The position numbers were made by a program, and so were the translations under genes. A model generated the notes under the pieces. The model ran no database searches and was not told the origin of the DNA. It saw only the letters and a program-made list of their open reading frames with translations. This document shows, in pieces, positions 10,708-22,700 of a stretch of DNA of 64,000 bases. Source of the DNA: Tubulanus polymorphus (Eukaryota > Animalia > Nemertea). How positions within the stretch are numbered: position 1 is the stretch's first letter; the number at the start of each line of letters is the position of its first letter. The DNA is taken from positions 9,456,485 through 9,520,484 of the forward strand of contig NC_134027.1 of NCBI RefSeq assembly GCF_964204645.1, written 5' to 3'.

Positions 10708-13700
10708 TTATGACGAGTTGAATTTTGTATTCACGTAGTTAACTTCGCGGCAGCACGGTTCTTGTCTGTTTGATAATTTCGACGCGAACATCCCGTACGG
10801 ATTCGCGTGGCTGCGCCAGACTTTGAAACCGAGTTTCTCGAGTCCGTTTAGTATGGCCAGTTCCTGTCGTAAAGTGTCGACAGTTGACGGCGCTAAATTC
10901 GTGGATAACTCGGGCAGATGATATTCGATGCCGAATTGACGAACGTTCACAAAAACGCCATCTTTCAGTAGTGTTTCGAATGTCGCCCATTCGGAATATT
11001 CGACGTCGATTTTCAGGTAATCAATCACTTTCTGAAAAATTGGAAATGATCATTTGTCAGTAAAATTACAATTTTTGGAACTAAAATTTGTATTTCCGAG
11101 TAGTACTTACCCTTTCCTATGGTTTTTGCCAATATTTTCTAAATTTGGATTTATCGCCAATGGTTTTTCTATACGACCCGGCCCTGCGGTATTGCATTTA
11201 GCCACCGGCGAAATCCGCCATCTTTTTACGTCATAGCAGACAAAAAAAAAAAAAACAGCTATGCGGGGCAGGTGGGCGGGATTCCCACCATAGGAAAGGG
11301 TAAGTACTACTCAGAAATACAAATTTTAGTTCCAAAAATTGTAATATTTCCGTCGAGTACTGTACCCTTTCCTATGGTTTTTGCTAGACTAGCCTAGCAC
11401 AAGGATGGTGGGAAAGGTAGATAGAAAAACCACCGCTCAAACGCAAGGTAAGAGGGAAAAAGAGAACACTTACCCAAGCACGGAATGGAGCACTGTAGCA
11501 CAGGGAAGACCGGTTGGCCACAGTGAGTCCGTCCAGCTCAGGGGCCCCCCCAGAATTTTGCGAAATTAATACTTGCAGATATGAGCCCAAACTATGTACA
11601 AGGATACACCCCCTGTGATCCTGATAATGCAACATAAATATTCTACACTAAAGGGTCCGATCGGAAAGAACGGACACCTTGAGCCATGACAACAGGACCA
11701 AGTGAAGCTAATGAGCCTAACTGGCCTGAAACATCCCGTAAATAAAATGACGTGAATGTCGACGGTGAATTCCAAAAGGCGGCCCGACAGACTTCCTCCA
11801 ACGGAGCACCCAAAAAGGCTGCGCAGGAAGTAGCCATAGACCTCACTTGATGAGAAACCACTCCCTCCGAGGAAAGATTCTCCTTCAATAAAATGTCCTT
11901 GATCAGTGAAGAGACCCATCGGGCTACTGTGTCCCGCGAAATATCCCCCTTTAGGTGATCCAGCAGCGGAATAAATAACCGCTCCCGTGAACCCCTACGT
12001 GAAGCAGAGCGATCTAAATAGAAACACAACGCCCGCACAGGACATAAAGTCCTGTCCGGGATGCCCGGTTCCACTCGATGTTTTAGGGCTTCAATTCGCC
12101 ATTGACGCCCAACCGAGCCTGGTCGTTGGTTCTTTGCCAAAAATTCCAAAGCAGGCCGCAGCGAAACAAATTCATTCGCTGGCCCAAAGACAATATGACC
12201 TTGTCGGACTGAAAGCGCATGAATCTCAGAGCGACGGGCCGAGCAAGCCAAGAACAGCAAAAATACAGTCTTTTTTTACAAATTTGCAAATGACGCTGCC
12301 GAAAGAGGTTCAAATGGAGCCTCCATTAACTTCTTCAAAATTACAGACAGATCCCATGGTGGAACTGTCCTTGTTACCCGAGGCCGGGAAATAGAAAACC
12401 CTGTAACCAGCTGGGATATCCGATGATCCCCTGCTACATTTGGCCATCCAGAAGCACGCAATGTATGAGAAATCGCGGAGCGGTAACCTTTAATAGTTAT
12501 GACCTGCAAACCTTTTACTACAAATAGGTGCAGTAAAAAATCTGCCAATTGAGCTACAGAGGGTGAGCATGGATCAATTTCCCCTGCAGCACACCAATCC
12601 GCAAAATGACTCCATTTGGCATCATAAATGGTACTTGTTGATGGCCGCTTAGATCCTGCGATAAAGGAGGCAGCCTGTTCTGAAAAGCCTGAAGCTGACA
12701 AGGATCGCTGGACAATGGCCAGGCGAGCAGATTTAACCACTGGCTGTTTGGATGATGCCGAAAGTTCCCCTGAGACAGAAGCGATGGGAAATTCGGAAGA
12801 ATCCTGGGGTTGTCGCACAGTGGTAGGAACCATTTCTGAGCCGGCCAACATGGTGCTACCAGAACTATGTTGCAATTGACTGATCTCTCTATTGGATCCA
12901 GTAAGCGCGGCAGGACTGGTGTGGGCGGGAACGCATACGCATGCATCCCCGACCAGTCCAGAGAGAAGGCATCGACCCCCCACGCTTCAGCATCTGGAAA
13001 CGGGGACACAAACAGAGGACACCTCCGATTGAACCGGGTGGCAAACAGATCCAGCAGCGGATTGCCAAAAATGCCCCGAACCCGATCGGCTACTTCTTGG
13101 TGGAGAACCCATTCTGTCGCAATAGCCTGACCTCGACGAGACAGAGCATCGGCCATCACGTTCCTTTTCCCTGCTAAATGTGCCACAGTCAGGGACACGC
13201 CCTTTGTCTGGCACCAAAGAAGAATTTTGGCCGACAGCCCTGTGAGGGTTTCTGAGTGAGTGCCCCCTTGGTTCTGAAGGTAAGCCCTCACTGTTGAATT
13301 GTCTGTGGCTAACCAAACGTGGTGGCCCTCCACTCTCCTGTGAAAGAACTTCAGGGCCTTCCACACGGCCAGCATTTCTAGGAAATTTATGTGGTTGGTG
13401 GCCTCGTAGCGAGACCATCTCCTGGCTTTGACTCGGTTCTCCAGATGTGCCCCCCATCCTTGGTGACTGGCATCCGTGAATACACGAACTGGAGCCTCTA
13501 ACGGGGCTAGTGACACCCCGAGCCGAAGATTCGTAGTTGCCGCCCACCACTGAAGATCCGGACTTAGATTGGTTGGAGGTACGGGAATCAAGGCCTCCCA
13601 GTTGCCCTTCGACTGAGACCAGAAGCCCTTCCAATATTGTTGCAAGCGCCTGCTTCTGAGGCGGCCTAAGGGCACCACCAGACCCATGGAGCTGATGGAG

Positions 13701-16700
13701 CCTAGAAGCCGTGACCAGTAACGAGCTGTTCTCGGGGTTGTGGACACTCCTGCTACACTCCCGGAGCCCTTGAATCACCTCCTTGGGCTTGGTCATCCGG
13801 AACCTTGGAATGTCTAGGTGCCGATTGAGGGATGACAGATCTATCACTGTCCGTTGACCCCCTGTGGCCTTTGGTACCATGAATATTCGAGAAAACCAGC
13901 CGGGAGAAGTTTCGTTGCAAACTGGTTCTATCGCTCCCTTCTCTGCCAGTTCCTTGAGAGCCGGAGAGATTAAGGCCTCCTGACCTGGTTTTGGCCGCAT
14001 GTCGGGAGGTGACCTCATCAGGCGCGGTCGCCTTAGGAAACAGAGACGGTAGCCACGAGAGACGACCCGGGAGGGCCAACCGTCTCCAAAGAGGTCGGAC
14101 CAGTGGGTTGCTGCCTGCTGCAGACAACCTCCCACTGGTCCCAAGAATTCATTTCGAGTTTTTCCGAAAGGAAGAGCCCCTTTTTGGAGCCTTCCCCTTG
14201 CCTCGATACGAACCGGAACTGTTACGACCGGACGAGGCTTGACACGATTGTTGAAGTTGCGCGCTAGTTCTCCAACCGGCATCCGAAGCCGCCTGAGAAA
14301 GCGCTGAAGTTTGAGATGGTCCTGTTTGCGTCCGTGCCGAACCTCGCGCCGCCGGCGTCGGACCAGAACGCTTTTTCCACGGAGTTCGGGGGTTGGACTT
14401 GGCCTGAACCTCCCGAATCTTCCTCAGCTCTGCGGAAACCGGAGCGCACCAACCGGAGAAGAGACGTGAAGACGTCCCCAATGGGGCTCTCAGCAAAGCA
14501 TTGGACACCATATCCAGTAGACGAGTTTTGGAACTGGAGTCCATCACTGACTGACGGGAGGCTAACACCAGATTAGCCTGACCCCGAACCGACAACGGAA
14601 TTACATGCGAAACAGACCGAGCCAAAGATTGGATAATCCGGTCCATTCCCTCCAGTTTTAGGGCAACTGACTCTGGGTCGGAGCCTGCATGAACGGCGGC
14701 GTGAGTCTCGTGAAGCTCACCCGTCAACACCTTAAGTGCCATATCTTGAAACGAACCAACCCTGGTAAGATTGTCCAGGATTGACATCATGGCCACCAAA
14801 CCGGACTTAGGCAAACGAATACCCGACTGTGCTGTAACAGTATCCGGGCTGATCAAAGTATAATCAGCATCCAGGCAGTTATGACTGTGATCCACAGCAC
14901 CTGGAGTTGCGTAATACGCCGAGCGAAATGCGCCTATAGGTGGATCGGTTGAACTAAAATATTTCCCAGATTTCATACCCCATTCTGGAGGGGGAAATGA
15001 AAATGTTCCAGGCCGACATTCACCCCATAATTGCGTATCCAATCGAGCCCATTCTCTCGAAACCGCTGACGATTCCCGTAAAACGTTAAGATCGGAGTCC
15101 GGAGGGCGATAAGCTTCCATTGACTCACCGACCAGAGGAGCTGCTGTGGGCTTAGTGCGAGTTGCCCCGTGCTTGACAAAGAACTCACTTATCATCGCTC
15201 TAAATGGCATGTCCCCCGCTGGTTCGGATAAAACTGAACGGGACGGAGATACATTGCGAGCCAGGGAAGCCCCCATCGTCTGGGGCAACCCACAATTGCT
15301 TGCGACAGGAACGACCCCAGAAGGAATTGCCGCTTCTGGGACCGGATCCTCATTGAAATCAGACCCTACCGCAGCATCCAGGAATTCAGAGTCAGAATTC
15401 CGAAAAACTGAGTGGGCTGGCGAACTTCTAACCGGACAATCAGGAATAGGCTTACCTGTTGTAGAAGTTGCAGCGACTTGTTGCGACGAAGATAACAAGT
15501 TTAAAATTTTCTCCTCAAATACATGGAAATCCTTCTGAGTCAGGTATTTTCCAGTATCCCGACGATCATGCCGACTTCGGTGACGATCCCTCGAACGGGA
15601 TCGCGACCTACTAGAAGAATCGCTTTCATCGCTAGCCGACGTCGACGAACGATGAGAAGACCGACGGCGAAACTTCCGACAATAACGATCGTAGTCCCTC
15701 TCGCGATCAAACCTTGATCTGCGAGAAGGAGATCTTGCTCGTTTATTACGCTCACGGCGTCTAAATCTAGTGGGAGAGCGAGCTCTATCCCCGGAGCGAC
15801 GATCAGAATCAGACGATGAACGTACCGGATGTTTTGAACCGGACGACGTCTGGACCGAACCGGACCGATGCCCGACCCGGACCGGTACCGACCGAACCGG
15901 TACGGGCCGTTCGCGACTACCGCGGCGCGCACTCAGTTCCGAACATGTAGTCTGAACCGGCCAAACCGGTGAACGACCAGAGACCGGTGAATGACCGGAG
16001 ACCGGTGCCGGTGAACCAGCGTTCCTCCCCGGTGAACGGAGTTGGGAAGCCGATCGTACCTGAACGCTCCGCTTTACGATAAGAAACAGGATTAGAAACG
16101 TCGGTTGGCACATCGGCCGAAACCGATGAATCCCTGCTAACTCGACGACGATCTCTTAGTTTAAGAGCCTTATCGGCCCGAAGCCAAAGGTCCTCGGACC
16201 ACACGACGCAAATATTGCAAGGATTGCTCCTTGCACATATTTGACCGGATTTGCGCCTGCACGACGCACATGAATCGTGGTTGTCCCAGGCGCCAAACAA
16301 ATGCCCGCATCCCTCCCCGCCACGATGCTGACCCTTAGGAGGGGGTGGCATAATTATCCTGTTACAAATCAAAACAATTCAATTCAATCAAATTATATTT
16401 GTAAATAAAATTCTTACGGAAAAAAAGAAACCAGGGATAACCCCCAAACCGAACGGACTCACCGTTATGAGAGTGAAAACTCCCTAATATCCTAATTCCC
16501 AGATTTTTACAGCGAAAAAATCCAACGCGTTCTACTGCGAGAACGCCAAGAAAAAAGATGGCGGATTTCGCCGGTGGCTAAATGCAATACCGCAGGGCTG
16601 GGTCGTATAGAAAAACCATTGGCGATAAATCCAAATTTAGAAAATATTGGCAAAAACCATAGGAAAGGGTACAGAACTCGACGGAAATATACAGAGCCCA

Positions 16701-19700
16701 GTAGTGCCTCATGAGATTAGATATCATCTTTTAGTTAAATAATGAGGCGATTAGTGTGCTATAACTTGGTTACATTGTCATACATTTATATTGATTCTAT
16801 TGTACCGTAGCTAAGATCTATACATTTTATAGTTAGATTCTATCTAGGCTGTAACCTTGTTTTGGCAACCATCAAATTTTAGAGGGATATCGGCTTAGGC
16901 TCGTGTTTCTCTCACATTACCTCGAAATGGCCATATTGCGTCATGATGTTCTTAAGCGTCTTCACGTTCCATCCATTCAACTTGCCATCTCGGCCGGATA
17001 TTCCCATGTTGTGGAAGTTGATTTTATTACCTCGGTGGAAGTCATTCGACTTCATGCTGGAAGGGAAATCAACAAAAATTACATCCCCTGCATGTAAAAG
17101 GAAGCGCCATACGTTCTCGACAATGCAATCGGAACACGAGAGTAAGGTACCTGGGATCAAAAGCGTGAAGTTCACATCCGAATTGTCTGTCGACAGCATC
17201 ATCGAAACTGAAGTCCCAATTGATTCTAGAAAAATCGATCAACCATTAGATATAATAGGATACATGGTTTCATAATTTACATGAGGATAAGCAACTCCTA
17301 TATCTACGTATTCCTACGTACCCGAATGAATAGATTAGACATGGTGATTTTATCGTGTACGCAGGGTCTAAACACATATCCCAGCCACCATCTCCGGAAT
17401 TTCCAAAACGTTTGGAATTTTGGCAATTATATTGAATGGTTGTTATTTTTCTGAAAGCAAAAATCGCATTTCCATATCAGCATGCGATCCATTTATATAA
17501 ACAAGAAGTTGTAAACTGTTGATTTTTGTAAATGATCATTTGTAAACGGTTGATTTTTCTTCAAAATTCCATACATACTGCGTATAAAGCTGGAATAACT
17601 GATTAATGTTCAACGCCCCGTCTGGTGGAACCAGTCCGGCGTCGCCGGGGGCAACTACTTTTTTCGCTTTCAAAGCTGTAGACATAGCAACCTGGAATAC
17701 ATGTAATATCTAGCTGTTAAACTGGTCGGCCATAATTTTTTGTACGGAGGAGTAAAAAGAGATGCTTAAGTGATAATGGCGCAAAAGCAGCTCTTATGAG
17801 TACATACCAGTACTGATTACGAACGAACACATAAATGTACAGGCAACCCCCGATATTCGGCCCATATCAGTGATTTTGGCAGTAAAGACAGTATGGTGGT
17901 CTATCAGGGGTAAACTAAGGGCTAGTTCCAAGATAAAATGTAGATGTTCCATTTTCAGAAAATTTTCCAGACATTTTTTGGTTTAAAATGTTTTTAATTA
18001 TTAATTTTTCATCAAATCACATATTGATAAAGAAACACACTGTCAATGGCATTATCTGAATTCCCCAAGTTTTCCAGGATTTAGGTAAAATCAGTCAAAT
18101 TCCCTGATTTTTTCCTAGATTCTTCTGATTCCCCAAGTTTTCTAGATTTTCCAGGGCAGTAGCACCTCTCTGTATTACTGTATTATGAGAAGAGTGCATT
18201 ACCTGAGGTGCATCTTTCATGAAGTTAGTATTAACATAGACGATCTCCTTACAACACGGCTCCCTGCGACCGGTAATCTTCGAATTAAACCACCCAGTCG
18301 GGTTCGTGTGCTGGTACCACAGCTTAAAACCGTATCGTTCAAGCGCCATGAATATTCCGATTTGATGACCGAACGATTTTTTCGAAGACGCACCAAACAA
18401 TCCCACGTTTAGGTCGGGAAGGTGGTATTCGATTCCGAGCTGTTTGATTTTGCCGAAGGAGCCATCGGTAGCCATCGTTTTCAGCGTGTCCCATTCAGAG
18501 AATTCGACGTCAATTTTGAAGTAGTCGATCGGTGTCTAGAAATAAAATAAAAGTTTTTTAAAGCACACGTCTGTAGGCAGCCGCTCTTTTCAGCAGGTGC
18601 GAACATAGGTTTGTGATTTGTCAGCCCAACCAGCAATTGTGAGCGTTGTAGTTCTCAGTAAAGAAAATTTGAAGCGTTAGCGTTTTACACGCATTCCTCG
18701 CCAATCTAAGAAATATTTCATACATCAAAAGCAAAAACCAATGGGAATCAAATGCGAGACTAAGCGAAATGTAGTCTGAAAATATTTTGTGGACAAAAAA
18801 TAATGAACTCTGGATTTCGCCAGAACGTTCACCTGGGGCCGGTTTTATAGACTTTTATTATCTTTAACCCGGGGGCTAACTCAATTCATTTTCAATCGAG
18901 TTAGGCCCTGGTTTTAAGATAATACCAGTCTATAAAACTGGCCCCAGGATGTAGGCTTTAAGCGAACAGTCAGCGATTGGGGGGGGGGGGGGTAGTGGTG
19001 TCTTCAGGGGCGATGCCACTCCACCTAATGGCCTGATGTTACTGTTTCTCATCACGTTTCTTTTATATAAATCAGATTTATCATAGTGAAAACCTTTATA
19101 AACGCTGAAAAATTAAACCCCTTAATATAGAGGTTCTGTCTAGCATTCTAACAATTCAACACATATTCAACATACGCTGTACTAACATATGCCATACAAG
19201 TAATTCAAGGACTGAAGCTAAGTAGTCATTCAATAGATACTTCACCTACATTTTCAAATGGAGACCCACTCTTTATTGAAAACTAAATATAATTAGGCCT
19301 TATTATAAAGGCTAAATTATATATTAACGTACTATTATTATATATTATATTCCTCAAAGGAAACAATGTTGTGGCCATAAAATGCCTCTATGATCATGAT
19401 AATATTATGAAATTGCCTAGTTATTTGATTGATTTAACTCATAAAACAAACGCGAATAGGTTATTCTAATGTGTCACAGCTGCATAAATGTCAGCCATCA
19501 TTTTTAGCAGGTGTCCTCATTGAATATCGGATTGTTCAACGCTACCGGTATACCCACCATATATGATATATAAACTGCCATCATATTCGTTGTCGTGGAT
19601 GAAACTAAACCAACGGCTATACACCATCTGGCTATCGAAATTTTTAAATATTGAGGAGCATTAGGAATGAAAAAAGGATTTCATTTTGAGGGCACTGTGG

Positions 19701-22700
19701 AAGCAAAGCTTAAGTGCACGACAATACGACTAAGCTGTATCAATTGTGGAAGGAATATTTTTCCAGTGTTTTTCATCTTAGCATAATCACTTAACTTGAT
19801 ATAAGAACCATAGAGTGCTGTAATTCAATAAGGCTAGATACCGTAGTCAAAATATCGTCCTAATTACCAAAGAATTACAATATACTACGCTTTGCTTCAG
19901 GTGTTACTTGTTCCTTATAATTCTTTCAGCGATCATTTAGCGATGTAATTGAAGACAAGTCTAAATTTTTAATAATTTATCTTAATTTCAGAATATCGAT
20001 CGTGAATACATGAGTAAATTTATTATTTCACCGGGTTTATCAAATATTGACGTATTCAAAGCTGGAAACTCTGTTACTATTGGATAAATGTTTACACAAT
20101 TTCCTGCATAAACACCACTGATGCATTGATGAACAGATACCAAAGCTGATTACTAAGCCTATGGCTATCTATATAAATGTATATCAATACGTATAACAAT
20201 GCCGGTATGGGATACTGCTCAAGTCTACAGGTTCCATGACAAACACGTACTTTATCGTGGTTCAGCTTTGTCATAATCGTTTTAACCGTATTCACGTTCC
20301 ACGATCCCTTTTTGCCGTCGTAGCCGGCGACTCCGAGATTATGGAAGAAAATCGACGTTCCTCGCTTGTGGTCGCCAACATTCATACTGTCGGAAAATAA
20401 ATTTCGGTTTATTACGACATGCTCAAGAACACAATAAAATGAGATTCAATGCGGAAGAAAACTATGATTCACCTCGGATCGAATGCATGCACGACGCAAT
20501 GTTTTTTATTCTGAACAGCATCGTCGAAGCTCCAGTCATTGTTTATACTGAAAATAAACATCATTTCAGCGTGGAAACGCATGTCCACCGAATATTTCTT
20601 CATCGATGTTATAAATTGTGAATTTCTAGCAAACTAGGCAAAGCCTTGATTCCTCAGTCAGGGCGCCGAAACATAACTCACCCGAAGGAATAAACTAGAC
20701 ACGGTGACGCTAAATCAAGCCCAGGATCGAGGCAGACGTTCCAGCCTCCATCGCCTACATTTCCGTATCTTATACTCTTCTTACACTGGTACGTCACGTC
20801 GGTTATTTTCCTAATACGAAATGGAAAAAACAATTGTTTGAATGCAGGCAGACTTTGATATGGGGCACAGAAAATGAAAAAGGGCATATAGAGCACCTAG
20901 CCAAACCAGGGTCGGGAAAATTGTGGAATTTTAATGCTATTATCTTCGGGCACTTGAGCGACATTAAACAAAATATAAAGCCTAGTCTTGGGCACAGTGG
21001 ACTGCTGCTCTATTGAGCGTGGGTCGAAAATTTGCCCGAAAAAAATTGCTGCTATGTTTCTAAAGAAGATACAGGATGATTGCGACCGGAGCGTGCGGTC
21101 CTTATGCTCCTATCCCCCTTTCCCACAATGAACTAGATGAGGTGGCATCGCTCCGATGCCCCCCGCTTCTAAGCTATGTCTACTAGACCAATTCTTCAGG
21201 AAACAATCGGGTAACGCTGTCTACACCAATTGAAAACACTGGGGTATTCTACCTAGGTAGATATATTATTTGGTTCTAAATGAACTTAACATTGGTGGCC
21301 ACAATTTAAGCAACAGCAACCAGAATTTAATAAGGAATGTACCTTGGACCATGTCTTACCTGTGTACCACGTTTCTCGGCTCAATCAAGGCTCTATCGTG
21401 CTTACTTTTTCCAATACGGCCCCCTGGTGGCCACAATTTATACTACAGCAACCTAATTTCATGTTTATGTCACCGTTTATTATGAAATGTCATAATCCTA
21501 GGTGAAATACTTCAGTAGTTATAGATGGATATAAATTAATTCTGCGGTCGCAGACAGACACGTCAAAATCTATATGCAGCCATCCCTCCCCTATCTAATG
21601 TCTGAGCGGGGGCATAAAAATCTACCGACAAGCTCAAGTGGTTATAACTTATTATTAGAACAGCTGCACAAGAACAAACTGTTGTAAAATGACTATATAA
21701 TACTTGAATGAACACTCGATGGATATCGAACAACGTTCAAGCTGTTTTCTCGTCTCCTCACGTGTGGAAATATTGCCCCTTAAATTCTATCCAGATTCCG
21801 TAAATCAGATAATTTTCATCACGTTTCACAGATTAGATTTTCCTTTTTCATTCACCTCATATATAAAATTGTAAGGTCAAGGAAGTAAAATTATAAGAAG
21901 CTAGAAATTCTTAAAGTTGACTTTTGTTAGGTCTTGTTGGTGCAAAAATGCAACGACATGTAAAGCTGTACTTACTAGAAAGAAATTCTAAATCATGGGC
22001 TAGCTGATAGCCTGTCTAATGCAGCTGTCAATCGGCTATCTGTACACAACCCCTCAGACGAACACATTTTTCACAGATGGTGAAAGTCTGTCTAAAAAAT
22101 GATTGTTCAGAGAGACACGACACCCTATTTCATTTTCATAGAAAAAATGCCCGGGGAACTGTCGCAGGGAGTGGCGATGCCTGGCCCAACATGGTTTTGG
22201 AAAATGATAAGGTGTCTGTTGGACGTCTGAGGGGATGTGTACGGATAGCAGGTTGATAGCTGTATTTAATCGGAGGATTTTCACTGATTATACATCGGTA
22301 ATAAAAATGAATCGGAAGCTGGCAAGTTGTTCACTTTTCTGCACAGTACAAAACTAAACCAGTCAGGCTTACAGATATAATAAGTCACTAGGTCAGTTGT
22401 TACAGGACCGCGTCGGTGGTTTTTATGCATAGCTACGCTATAAGGTATTTTTCTGGCACAAAACATACAGATACCAATAGCTTCACCAATGATGATTGGG
22501 CAATGTCTTCACTTGACCTTAATGACTTGACAAATGTAAAGAATGACTATTATTAGATAACGTATTATTTGCTGAGCTACAAAGTGCCACGGATCTCCCT
22601 GGATAAAAAATCCTCTCTATTTCAATCAAATCAGGTTTAAATCTGGAGACACAGGTGTTGTATAGTGATGATTGGGATCATTCATTTATTACGTACGCAT

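Larger units (their letters stand above)
11065..16690 (-). mobile_element. DIRS1-type tyrosine-recombinase retrotransposon with intact termini and a defective interior
   Basis: Inverted terminal repeats (~11108-11227 vs ~16552-16671, 1 mismatch seen) with distinct outer ends. ICR at ~11288-11384. Order gag - RT/RNase H/MTase - YR. No TSD. Confidence 0.95.

Noticed and set aside
11987-15955. Plus-strand ORFs within the DIRS element
   Set aside because: Antisense shadows of GC-rich coding sequence with no recognisable motifs.
15952-16059. An intron that would repair the gag frameshift (CAG|GTACGA ... TTCAG)
   Set aside because: Splicing keeps the first frame and still reaches the TAG at 15917.
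10708-20896. Two separate tandem METTL24 paralogs
   Set aside because: There is no start or signal-anchor exon between the halves, and an in-phase donor/acceptor pair (18203->17691) joins them.
21690-21790. Possible extra METTL24-like exon
   Set aside because: Splice sites are weak, and the model is in phase and matches the second domain without it.
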